A stretch of DNA of 64,000 nt from an uncultured Bacteroidota bacterium (GTDB lineage Bacteria; Bacteroidota; Ignavibacteria; Kryptoniales; JAKASW01), in contig OY969800.1 of NCBI GenBank assembly GCA_963703215.1, positions 582,007-646,006 on the forward strand, read 5' to 3'. Numbering within the stretch: the stretch's first letter is position 1; each line of letters opens with the position of its first letter. Below the pieces are notes generated by a model that ran no database searches, was not told where the DNA came from, and saw only the letters and a list, made by a program, of their open reading frames with translations. The translations under genes were made by a program, and so were the position numbers. Below are positions 48,340 to 58,113 of this stretch, piece after piece.

Positions 48340-49710
48340 CTATTTTGCAGGAATTGAATAGCCCTCGTGCATGTAAGAACGCCTGACTGGTTCGAGATAT
48401 TGAGATGCCTCTGAAATGATCTTGTCGACATCTAGATTATCAAAACATCGGACTTCTTTGCAAGTCTTAGCCATTTTGTTTATGCAGGTAATATTCCTGC
48501 ATGGACTCCCCGCGACGAAAGCCCTCGAAGGCGCATCTTGATTAGCAGGGAAAAATCCCGGAGACTTAGAGTCGTACCCGTAAATGCGTGGAGGAGTTCC
48601 CCCAAATACCGAAAAGACTGCCGTCTTATTTCTTAGACTTTTGGCTGAGCTGCGCGAGAATTTTCGCGCCGCAGCAAGGTGCAAGGGGCCGGTATCTCCT
48701 CCAATATATAGATCGACGAAATCTATGAGCGCGGCGAGAACGTCTAAACTCATCGGCGAAGGAATGATGGAAATATTACGCCTAATGTCCGGCGGCAAAG
48801 AATACATCAACTCATGTTCGATGTGCCTCTCAACATAGCCGGTGCCCAATAAGATGGTACACTCAAGAGAACTTAATTCAGCCAACAGAATACGCTGCAC
48901 GTCGAACGGGATTCTAGTGAATCGGGCCGATGCATCAGGATTAAACAATACTAATGGACGGTCTTTCGAAACATCCAAACTCGACAAAAATACTACGGCT
49001 TCCCTGATAGCATCGTCCGAAAGATAAATTCGTGCTCCGCCAAATTCTTTCCTGCTGACCGAAGGCAAGAAATCATGAAACATGTTTTTTACAAAATCAT
49101 ATGACTGAAAAGAAATATTGTTTACACTTTCAGGATATTTTTCATTTCGAACAAGCTGCGCCGCCATCATTTGATAATTGACAACATTTCTCCCGCCGAA
49201 TATTCCGTCGTCGATCATTGGACTAAAATTAATCACCAGATCGTATTCCTTCGCCGCTGAAAGACGACTAAGACGAACAAGATCATCATCCGTCGGAAAA
49301 GGAGCTCCTTCGTAAATCGGGAATAAATTTGAAACGTCCGGATTCCCTTCGACGAAGCATTTGGCGGATTTCTTGATCGCAAAATCTATTTCTGCCTCCG
49401 GAAAAATCTCTCGCAGTGCTGCGATAGCGCTCGACGCAATTACCGCATCTCCGATGTTCAAATCGCAGACAAAGAGAAAAGATCTAAATTCCCGGATCCT
49501 TCCGACCACATTCTTCGAAGAACGGGCGATCGAACTTAAAAGAATTTTATTCCCAAGAAGACTTTTGAAGGTGACGTCAAGCAAACGTCCTCCGGCAACC
49601 GGGAAAAAATCCGTGACAATACTGGACAATTTGAACAGAGTCATGAATTTCGTCTCTTTATCCAGATTGATTCTACCCTTCTGAGAAGCCTTCAATGAAC
49701 GATCCAGCAT
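48340..49710 (-). CDS. glycosyltransferase family 9 (heptosyltransferase-like)
   Basis: 456 aa with LNIGDAVIASSAIAAL and IGGDTGPLHLAAA. Confidence 0.75.
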   Translation of the reverse strand: MLDRSLKASQKGRINLDKETKFMTLFKLSSIVTDFFPVAGGRLLDVTFKSLLGNKILLSSIARSSKNVVGRIREFRSFLFVCDLNIGDAVIASSAIAALREIFPEAEIDFAIKKSAKCFVEGNPDVSNLFPIYEGAPFPTDDDLVRLSRLSAAKEYDLVINFSPMIDDGIFGGRNVVNYQMMAAQLVRNEKYPESVNNISFQSYDFVKNMFHDFLPSVSRKEFGGARIYLSDDAIREAVVFLSSLDVSKDRPLVLFNPDASARFTRIPFDVQRILLAELSSLECTILLGTGYVERHIEHELMYSLPPDIRRNISIIPSPMSLDVLAALIDFVDLYIGGDTGPLHLAAARKFSRSSAKSLRNKTAVFSVFGGTPPRIYGYDSKSPGFFPANQDAPSRAFVAGSPCRNITCINKMAKTCKEVRCFDNLDVDKIISEASQYLEPVRRSYMHEGYSIPAK

Positions 49711-49938
49711 ATAATCTAAACGCCAATCTTCTTCTGAGCCAAAAATGCGATACGGATACTCTTCGTTTTGCGACGTGAACTACCTAACATAACCGATTCT
49801 TGATAAAAAAGTTTCAAAGATTCAGTCAAATGATCACTGGGCATGCTTCAAATTAGACGAAAGAAAATCATCACGGTTTACTACCCGGGAAACCTCAGGC
49901 TGGGATCACAAAATTTTAGAACACGCTTGCGGTCTATC

Positions 49939-51693
49939 CTACAAAAATCTTACGCATAACTGAGTTATGTCATCGCTTTGGGGAGCATCTTTGACAAATG
50001 CAGCGACCTCTTCTTTCACCGTCTCCAGGATCTCTGCGGCGTCGCATGAAGATTTCGATCCCAGTACTTTCTCTAATCTCTCCTCGCTAAATTGTTCCCC
50101 TTTCGAATTCAACGCTTCGTTCACTCCGTCGGTGAACAAATAAAGCAAGTCTCCATTTTTTATTTTTTCCTCACCCGTCTCGTATTTAACGTCTTTCATG
50201 ACGCCAAGCATAAGTCCGCCTTTATCAAGCCTCACGACACTGCGATCAGATTTCATCAGGAATGGATAATTGTGCCCGGCGTTGACGTACAATAGCGTAC
50301 CATCTTTAGATTTATAAATTGCGGCAAAAAAAGTTATGAACTTGTCAAAGTCGGTGTTCTCATAAACGATATTGTTGAGTCTCTCGCAAATCTTAACAAG
50401 CGACATTCCTGTAGCTATCAGCGCGTGAAATGCGGACTGCAGGTTCGCCATGAGCAAAGCGGCCGGGAAACCTTTTCCCGATACATCAGCAATAGCTACG
50501 CAGAGCAAATTCTCATCGAGCTTTATAACGTCGAAATAATCACCGCCCACTTGCTTCGTTGGAATATGGAACGTCTTCACATCGCAGCCCGCGAACTCGG
50601 GCATCTTTCTCGGCAGAAGATTCTCTTGTATCGTGTGGGCCAGGTTTAATTCTTCTTCGAGACGCTGTTTCGCCAACGATTCCTCGAATAATCTGGCATT
50701 ATCTATCGCCATCGCGGCAAGGTTGGACAGCGAAGATAGAAAATTTATTTCGGAATCTGTGTAACTTGCTTTCGACATCCTTTCCCCAAGAGCCAACATT
50801 CCATGGGCATCTCCCTGAAGCTGGAATGGTATCACGACCTCGACACCGATTTCCATAAGTCGTTTTACAGAAGGAAATTTTTCCGGCATTCTTGAAAGTC
50901 TTGCCGGCTGATCGGAAGAAAAAAGAACCTGCCCAAAGGAATCTTCCGAAAAATCGAATTCTTCTATGCCGGGAAGTCTGTTGACAACGATTTTTGCCTT
51001 CGATTCTTGCAGAAGACAGATGGCAAATTTCCGCGCCCCGGTCTGTCCCATGACGGCAAATTCAAGTGTCCTGACTGCGCGAGCTTCATCAATGAGTAAA
51101 TTGAACTCTTTACTTAGTTCAAACAGCGTCTGGAGCTCCTGCACCCGTTGCTGCAATTCGAAGTTAGAATCTTTGTATTGCTCGAACACGCTTGCGTTTT
51201 CAATTGCAGCTGCAGCAATGTTGCAAAGAGTAGAAACGAATTCGATCTCGGTGGCGACCAGTTCGCCGCTTTCCGATGATTGCGGTCCCCGCAACAGCTT
51301 CTTTCCAACGAATAAATACCCTAAGAGATGCTGCGATGTCCGCATGGCAAATATCCTATCCACACCTGCATCGATTAATTTTGCCCTGATTGAACTGTGA
51401 ATCGCAGCCACCTCCACCGATCCTTCAAGGTCCAGTCCGAACATTTCGGACAGAGTGGGATCATCTATTGAAATGCCCTTTGAAATTTTGGTAAAGCCAG
51501 GTTCTTTAATTGAGAACAGCTTGGGATTCACAGCAGCTGCACACTTCGAGATACCTAACTTGCCCATCGAGGCGAGCATGATGTGATTCAATATGAATTT
51601 GTAATCGAGGGAGGAATTCAGAATCTTAGCGGTCTCAATCAGAGAGGTCAGCTCAATGATTTGATCGCCGTTCCGATTAGATTCTTGGCTCAT
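49939..51693 (-). CDS. cytoplasmic GAF-GAF-PP2C (SpoIIE/RsbU-type) phosphatase
   Basis: 584 aa with a C-terminal SpoIIE domain (GGDYFDVI, DVSGKG, TDGVNEA). Confidence 0.8.
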   Translation of the reverse strand: MSQESNRNGDQIIELTSLIETAKILNSSLDYKFILNHIMLASMGKLGISKCAAAVNPKLFSIKEPGFTKISKGISIDDPTLSEMFGLDLEGSVEVAAIHSSIRAKLIDAGVDRIFAMRTSQHLLGYLFVGKKLLRGPQSSESGELVATEIEFVSTLCNIAAAAIENASVFEQYKDSNFELQQRVQELQTLFELSKEFNLLIDEARAVRTLEFAVMGQTGARKFAICLLQESKAKIVVNRLPGIEEFDFSEDSFGQVLFSSDQPARLSRMPEKFPSVKRLMEIGVEVVIPFQLQGDAHGMLALGERMSKASYTDSEINFLSSLSNLAAMAIDNARLFEESLAKQRLEEELNLAHTIQENLLPRKMPEFAGCDVKTFHIPTKQVGGDYFDVIKLDENLLCVAIADVSGKGFPAALLMANLQSAFHALIATGMSLVKICERLNNIVYENTDFDKFITFFAAIYKSKDGTLLYVNAGHNYPFLMKSDRSVVRLDKGGLMLGVMKDVKYETGEEKIKNGDLLYLFTDGVNEALNSKGEQFSEERLEKVLGSKSSCDAAEILETVKEEVAAFVKDAPQSDDITQLCVRFL

Positions 51694-52150
51694 TTCTTAA
51701 ATAACGGACGAGTCGTACTTCGTTGGCGGTTGCTCTATTCCCACCGGCATCTTCGGCGTGATATTCCACGGTGTCCATGAGTTTTCTCATCAGGAAAATT
51801 CCCAGTCCGCCGGCTTTGTGTTTCTTCATTCTGTCTTTTATATCTGGAACTGGCACTTCTTCAGGTTTAAAACTCGCGCCCCAGTCTCGGACGATAATTT
51901 CAAATTCAATTCCGCTCGCCAATACTCTGACTTCGAATTTCGTTTCTGGATTCCCTTTGTACGCGTGCTTGACAACGTTCGTGCAGGCTTCATCGACCGC
52001 AAGTGTTATCTCGGATACTTCCTTATCCCCAAAGCCGAAATTAACCGCCCGTTCATTCACAAAATCCCTTACATCCGAGAGAGCCGTCGTAGTGCTCTTG
52101 AATATCCTGGAGTCTGCTATTTTATCTAACCTTTTCAATCTATCTCGCAA
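51677..52150 (-). CDS. anti-sigma regulatory factor, Ser/Thr kinase (RsbW/SpoIIAB-like HATPase)
   Basis: 157 aa with an N-box (EACTNVVKHA) and a G-box (GGLGIFLM). It overlaps the downstream phosphatase by 17 nt. Confidence 0.8.
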   Translation of the reverse strand: MRDRLKRLDKIADSRIFKSTTTALSDVRDFVNERAVNFGFGDKEVSEITLAVDEACTNVVKHAYKGNPETKFEVRVLASGIEFEIIVRDWGASFKPEEVPVPDIKDRMKKHKAGGLGIFLMRKLMDTVEYHAEDAGGNRATANEVRLVRYLRNEPRI

Positions 52151-52165
52151 TATTTTGCCGTACCA

Positions 52166-52516
52166 TCATCTGGAGTCGAATTTTTTCAATGCCTCTTCCT
52201 GATCCTTGTAAATCTCATAGAGAAAAGGAAAGCCGAGAAGATCGAACACATTGAAGACTTTCTGCTGCATATTGGCCAACTTGATATCCCCATGGTTGCT
52301 GCGGATTTCGTCAATATAAGCCATAAAAACACCGAGCCCTGCGCTGGAAATATAATTCAACCTATCAAAGTTGACCACAATATTAAATTTTCCTTTGCCA
52401 ATTAGATCAGTAAATATTTTTTCGAGTTCAGGTGCGGTATGAGCATCAAGGAAACCATGAAGCTCCATGACAACCGCATTCCCTGAATCTTTAGTCAGCA
52501 CTTTAAACTCGTTCAT
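52166..52516 (-). CDS. STAS-domain anti-sigma-factor antagonist (RsbV-like)
   Basis: 116 aa with NFDRLNYISSAGLGVF. Confidence 0.8.
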   Translation of the reverse strand: MNEFKVLTKDSGNAVVMELHGFLDAHTAPELEKIFTDLIGKGKFNIVVNFDRLNYISSAGLGVFMAYIDEIRSNHGDIKLANMQQKVFNVFDLLGFPFLYEIYKDQEEALKKFDSR

Positions 52517-52653
52517 CAGATAAATCCTCCATCTTAAACTCTAATCTAAAAAAACGGCACGAACCGACAAAGGCATAGAGGCGCCAATAAAAGGATGCCA
52601 GACTCCCTTTTGAATTTGGGCCTCTGCAACTCTTCACTTCTTTGTCTATCACG

Positions 52654-54783
52654 TCATTTCCATTTCAAAATTAATACGGTTGTGTCATCGACTGGATCCG
52701 TACCCTGTGAAAATTCTGCTGAAGCCCGGATGATGCCTCCTTTGATTTCTGTTGCCGTTCCATGGCTCAGACTCTTCAATAAGTCATAAAACCTTTCCTC
52801 GCCGAACTCGCTCCCTTCAGGATCTCTCTGGTCAGTAACGCCGTCAGTGTAAAACACGAGAGTGTCGCCCGGCCCAAGACAAAACTTTTCTTCCTCAAGA
52901 TGTTTTCCGAAATGAAATGACTGCTCGATGCCAAGAGCTGCGCCAGGCGGTTTAATAAGCCGGCAATTCCCACCTGCTATCAGCACTGCCGGTGTATGCC
53001 CCGCTCGGGCCAAAACAACCTCACCGGTTCTGGAATCAAGCAGGCCATAAATCAATGTTATGAAGAAATTCTTTTGAAGAGTATTTCCGACAGCCTCGTT
53101 TGCCGCCATCATGAATTCCGACGGTGATTTTGTAGAAGCTGAGAGCGATTGGAATATTCCCTTCATATATGCCATGTAGAAAGCTGCGGATGTTCCCTTG
53201 CCCGAGACATCACCTATTGCAAATGCAAACATGTTATCGTCAATCTTTAGAAAATCTATATAATCGCCGCCTACTTCGAATGCCGGAAACGCGAGAAAAT
53301 CGGATTCAAATCTTTCGGTATTCGGGAAGGCCGTAGGCAGAAGTTTCAATTGCATTTCGTGCGCAAGGCGCATCTCATGCTGGAGTCGCTCGTTCTCAAT
53401 CGACTTCGTGAAGAGTAAAGAATTCTGAATCGCCACCGCGGCAGTATCCGCAAATGCGCTGACGGTGGAAATCTCCTCCTCATCGAAAGCATAAGGCATG
53501 TCATTGGCAACGTAGAGAATACCGATATACTCATCATGGGCAGTCAATGGAACTGCCATCAGTGACTTAGCGGGAAAATCTTTTAAATCGTACCTCGCAA
53601 AGCCATCGACTTCTTGAATTACGATTCGACCCGTAGTGCATACGACATCGCGGACTTTATCAAATTCGAACGCAGAAAGTTCATACTGGCTTGTCCTGTA
53701 CGTCGCACCGATGTCAATGCCTGATGAGGAAGTTCTCGTTGCAGGCGGAGCGAGGCTCGACTGGGAATTATTATCAGGACTACCATCAGAGTTTATTCCT
53801 CCTTTGGAGCGAGGTTCGGACATGAGCTCGATCCACACCTTGTTTGCCTGCGTCACGGTACCGACCACCGAAACAGTATTGTTGAGAACCTCGGAGGTAT
53901 CCAAAACATTCGTAATAACTTTACTCAGGTTCTGGTACGAATCAAGCTCCCGCTTCTTTTTCTCGAAGACTCCGGATGTCGGGATATGAAAAGTCGTCAC
54001 GACGAATGCGAGCGAAAAATAAATTGCTAAAAATAAGAAAACGATTTTAGAAAATTCCTGGAGAGGGGCGCTATAAAACCCCAACACGCCCCCGGCTAAA
54101 TCTGCTGGACCTATCGACGCATATGAATAGCCGAACAGTACGATCAATGCGAAGGAATGCGCGAGGGATTTGTACTTTTCCTTGCGTGTTAAGAAAACGA
54201 TCCAATTCATGCTGACGATGTGAAGAATAGAAAGGATAACTGCGATTACGAACGCGATTTCCGCCAGCGTGTTCATGACCGATGACGCCTGAAATCCACT
54301 AAGGACAGCCGATGCAATTGCAGATCCGACGAAGAATCCGAATCGCCGTCTCGCCTTCTTATCGGGTTTGATGTAGATGATCCCGGACATGCAAGACAGC
54401 AGAATTATAACGAACGTGCATATTCCGAAGGCAAACGCGGTTGTCGCAAGAAGCTGCAAAATATTTTGCGGCACAAACCTTCCTGAAACGTCCCCCCTTT
54501 TTTCGAGAATTACTCCCCACGTGGAAATTATCGCAGCGCAGAAGAACCCATACGCAAGGAGTTTTCGCAGAGATTCAAGAGGCTTGAGCTGCTTCTTGTC
54601 GCGCCAGGAGTTGACCGTGGCGTAGAGAAACACAAAAGCGATGATCGAAAACATGTCCCTGATCGAATTCAATACCGGATCATTCAGGCTGATAGTGATC
54701 CGAATCCAGTCGTAAACGAGCAAGACAAGTGCAATTGCGCCGGATGAGATGAGGTAAAGACTATTCTTGAAATTTATCCGCAT
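52654..54783 (-). CDS. membrane-bound sensor, GAF domain and PP2C (SpoIIE-type) phosphatase
   Basis: 709 aa with about 8 N-terminal TM segments, a GAF region, then GGDYIDFL, DVSGKG and TDGVTD. Confidence 0.8.
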   Translation of the reverse strand: MRINFKNSLYLISSGAIALVLLVYDWIRITISLNDPVLNSIRDMFSIIAFVFLYATVNSWRDKKQLKPLESLRKLLAYGFFCAAIISTWGVILEKRGDVSGRFVPQNILQLLATTAFAFGICTFVIILLSCMSGIIYIKPDKKARRRFGFFVGSAIASAVLSGFQASSVMNTLAEIAFVIAVILSILHIVSMNWIVFLTRKEKYKSLAHSFALIVLFGYSYASIGPADLAGGVLGFYSAPLQEFSKIVFLFLAIYFSLAFVVTTFHIPTSGVFEKKKRELDSYQNLSKVITNVLDTSEVLNNTVSVVGTVTQANKVWIELMSEPRSKGGINSDGSPDNNSQSSLAPPATRTSSSGIDIGATYRTSQYELSAFEFDKVRDVVCTTGRIVIQEVDGFARYDLKDFPAKSLMAVPLTAHDEYIGILYVANDMPYAFDEEEISTVSAFADTAAVAIQNSLLFTKSIENERLQHEMRLAHEMQLKLLPTAFPNTERFESDFLAFPAFEVGGDYIDFLKIDDNMFAFAIGDVSGKGTSAAFYMAYMKGIFQSLSASTKSPSEFMMAANEAVGNTLQKNFFITLIYGLLDSRTGEVVLARAGHTPAVLIAGGNCRLIKPPGAALGIEQSFHFGKHLEEEKFCLGPGDTLVFYTDGVTDQRDPEGSEFGEERFYDLLKSLSHGTATEIKGGIIRASAEFSQGTDPVDDTTVLILKWK

Positions 54784-54978
54784 GTGATCGTGCCTAAAGA
54801 CTGGGTCGGCATTTCTTCCTTGCTGTTCATCACCGAGTTATTCCAACATTTTTCTCTTATCATCTGCAGTAAAGTTCGTATTCTACACTTCGCATTCCAT
54901 AGCTTTTTGTTACAAAGACAATCATCTCTTTTTTAAGTTAATCAAACTCCAATTCGTTTCCGAGAAAACCCAAAACCT

Positions 54979-55230
54979 TTAAGATGTAATTATGGTTTTA
55001 AGGTCGTTTGCCGTTCCAACATCAGCGGAGAGGACATACTCCTCTTCAAGCAAACATCTCTTTGCGGCCTCGAGGCTGCCATGTCGTTGATGTAAGAATT
55101 CTGTTGGGATTGATTGGACTTTGCGCGCTCGGATTCGCGCGAGCAGGAAATGAAGAGAAAGAGATAACAACAGAACACAGATAACACGGAAAAAACCGAT
55201 CAGCGCGGATTTGAAATAGAAAGGGAACAA
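54979..55230 (-). CDS. hypothetical small membrane protein
   Basis: 83-aa ORF with one hydrophobic N-terminal segment. I recognise no family. Confidence 0.25.
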   Translation of the reverse strand: MFPFYFKSALIGFFRVICVLLLSLSLHFLLARIRARKVQSIPTEFLHQRHGSLEAAKRCLLEEEYVLSADVGTANDLKTIITS

Positions 55231-55275
55231 TCCGCTATAGTACGTTTCTTCTGTATTATCTGTATTCTACTTTTA

Positions 55276-56368
55276 TTAATTATTTTCGAGAACGAGCTTG
55301 AGCGAGATACGATTCGTCGGAGGAAGCGCATCGGCATAGGAAAACTTCGCAAACGCATAATCTATTTCAAGCTTCGGAAGATGGATTCCCGCTCCGACAG
55401 TGAACTGCTTCACCTCGTTGTATCCTGCTCGGATTGCGAGAACATTTTTGTAGCTTACCTCCATTCCGGCACGAGCATCCGCACTCAATGGACCAAGATG
55501 CACCATGGAAGCGGACCGCATGTTGTCGATGTTGAAAAGCAAATCTACGGCGGGAGTGATGCCGAATGAGCCCAGCAACAGATCATATGCGGCACCGGTC
55601 GCAAGCGTGGGCGTCATGACCTCTGTCGTTCCTGTCGTCCACGCCACGACTGTAGTCGTAGCGTTTTGCAGATTGGCACCAAGACTCAGATTCTTGAACG
55701 GATTGTAAAGCGCTCCGAACGTCGAATCCGATACCCGTACCCGAAGTCGTTCCGATACTCCGGCGAATCAGTTTAACGCTGCCGCCGTATGCAAAATTGT
55801 CCGTGGATTGCTTCGCGTAGCTTCCAACCAAAGCAAAATCCGTCTCACCAAAAAAAGTGACCATGTTAGGATCAAGCCTGCTCAGGCTATCGGGGTTCGC
55901 GAATTCCGGTGGAATCGGATTGCCGTTCAAATCAAGCCCCGCCGACTGCGTGTTCGGAACGCCGCTGACACTCAGAACTACGGCACTCAATCCTACAGTT
56001 TCATCTTTTGAAAGCTTGATTGCACCTGCAACGTAATTGTAGCTGACGATGTCCCCGTACCGTTGATCGTGCATCAAAATTATTTCTGGAAATTCCACTT
56101 TTGAAAGGCCAGCTGGATTCCAGTAACCTGAAGTCACATCGTTTGCGGCGGCGGTGTATGCGCTCCCCATTCCGAGGGCGCGTCCTCCAACACCGATCGC
56201 CAGGAAATCGTTCGCATACTTCGCAAGCGTCAAGCCTTCTCCCTGCGCTTTCACCTCAGCACAAGAGAAAAGCGAAACGAACAAAACTAATAAAGAAAAA
56301 TAAAAGATCAAGAATAACGAGCGGACATATTCAAATCTTCCGCCCCTGGTCTCTTTCGTCGATGTCAT
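55276..56368 (-). pseudogene. PorV/PorQ-family outer-membrane beta-barrel protein, reading frame broken once near 55717
   Basis: The N-terminal part has GGRALGMGSAYTAAANDVTSGYWNPAGL. Deleting the C in gttCGGa joins it to ...GIGFDVGALYNPFKNLSLGANLQN... Confidence 0.65.
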
Positions 56369-56430
56369 TCTCCTTGCTCCATGATTAGATGGTCGCAATT
56401 CTTCATCCTTGAATCTTCGTTTTTAGTTTT

Positions 56431-58113
56431 TCATTCAATAGGTTCGGCGCCGAATTCGTCCTTCAGATATTTTATTAGCGGGTCATCCGGCTTGGAATCC
56501 ACCGGGTGTTCATCGGCGACTATCGTAAAATCGATCGCTACTCGCATCCCCAAAACTTTCTGAATCGTGTCCTGCACATAATTTTTGTAAGGTTTGGTCA
56601 TCCCGACAACCACCTCGTTGGGAGCGCCGAGCATCAGCCAACCATTTCTGATCCCGATGGGCTTCAAGTTTATCATCTGCGACCAGACACCGATTCTTTC
56701 TTTTCTGACAACCTGGAGCAACTCTTCCCATCTTACACTAATCTCCTGGAAAGATGCTTGAGTGCTCGGGTGAGCGGGCGGCTTGCTTTCCAGAACCTTT
56801 GGCTCGGACGCGGACGGCGGTTTATCGCGCCTTATCTGGTTGTCGACAAGAGGGTTCTTCGGCTTGAATTGCGAGAAAGATGCTCCGGATTCTTTTGCTG
56901 TCGCGCCATTGCCAAAACCAGTTTGAACCGTCTGCCCTGGAGGGGCTTTAATTCCAAATGAACTAACCTGGATTACGTTTTTTTTTAACTCTTCGACCTG
57001 TTGAAGAAGCTCACTCAGTTTGACGGACCGCTCCATGTTGACAAGCTGAAGCAGCGTCATCTCCAATTTTATCCGCGGCTGTGAGACATACTTTATCTGC
57101 TGCATCGCTTCGCTCGTCGCCTTCAGGAATCTCAGCAGATCAAGCCTGTCAAATTTCGAGGACGAATCCAAATAGCGTTTCTTGTAATCCTCGGACGCCT
57201 CAATCAAATCCCCTTTACCTGTCGTCGCTGCGATTAATAAGTTGCGCAGATGTTCTGCCAATCCTTCAAGAAAATCCACGGGATCGTATCCACGCGAAAC
57301 GATTTGTGCCGCAAGCTCCACGGCTCCTTTCGAATCGTTTTTCTCGATCAAGTCGGTCAGTATAAAAAAAAGTTCAGCATCGACGAGGCTAAGCGCGTTC
57401 ACGACGACTTCATGTTTGACATCATTCCCGCAAAACGCGGCCACCTGGTCGAATATACTCAGCGCATCGCGCATCGACCCGTCGCCCTTTTTCGCGATCG
57501 TCACAAACGATTCCTCATCGACAGAAATTTTTTCCTCCTTCGCGATGAAGCGGAGCCGCTCGATGATTTTCTCTGTTTCAATCCTCTTGAAATCGAATCG
57601 CTGGCACCGCGTGAGAATCGTCGGGATAACTTTGTGAGGTTCAGTAGTCGCCAAAACAAAGATCGCATAAGACGGAGGCTCCTCAAGAGTCTTCAACAAT
57701 GCGTTGAACGCTTCCTTGGTGAGCATATGTACTTCGTCGATGATGTAAATCTTGTGCTTCAATCGCGAAGGTGAATAGCGAACCGATTCCCGAAGATCTC
57801 TTATTTCATCGATACCGCGGTTCGATGCTCCATCAATCTCGATGACGTCGAGACTTCTCCCCTCGGTAATTTCTTTGCACACATCGCATTCGTTGCACGG
57901 TTCACCGTCATTGACGTTCGGACAGTTTATCGCTTTTGCAAAAATCCGGGCAGTAGTAGTCTTTCCGACGCCGCTCGGTCCGCTGAACAGATAGGCGTGC
58001 GCTATGCGATTGCGGACTATAGCATTCTTCATTGTGACCGTAACATGTTCCTGTGCAGTCACTTCGTCGAACCGCATCGGCCGCCACTTGCGGGCGGTAA
58101 CCAAATAACTCAT
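56431..58113 (-). CDS. dnaX: DNA polymerase III subunits tau/gamma
   Basis: 560 aa with Walker A (GPSGVGKTT) and DEVHML. The ATG overlaps the lon TGA (ATGA). There is an internal A9 run at codons 376-379. Confidence 0.93.
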   Translation of the reverse strand: MSYLVTARKWRPMRFDEVTAQEHVTVTMKNAIVRNRIAHAYLFSGPSGVGKTTTARIFAKAINCPNVNDGEPCNECDVCKEITEGRSLDVIEIDGASNRGIDEIRDLRESVRYSPSRLKHKIYIIDEVHMLTKEAFNALLKTLEEPPSYAIFVLATTEPHKVIPTILTRCQRFDFKRIETEKIIERLRFIAKEEKISVDEESFVTIAKKGDGSMRDALSIFDQVAAFCGNDVKHEVVVNALSLVDAELFFILTDLIEKNDSKGAVELAAQIVSRGYDPVDFLEGLAEHLRNLLIAATTGKGDLIEASEDYKKRYLDSSSKFDRLDLLRFLKATSEAMQQIKYVSQPRIKLEMTLLQLVNMERSVKLSELLQQVEELKKNVIQVSSFGIKAPPGQTVQTGFGNGATAKESGASFSQFKPKNPLVDNQIRRDKPPSASEPKVLESKPPAHPSTQASFQEISVRWEELLQVVRKERIGVWSQMINLKPIGIRNGWLMLGAPNEVVVGMTKPYKNYVQDTIQKVLGMRVAIDFTIVADEHPVDSKPDDPLIKYLKDEFGAEPIE

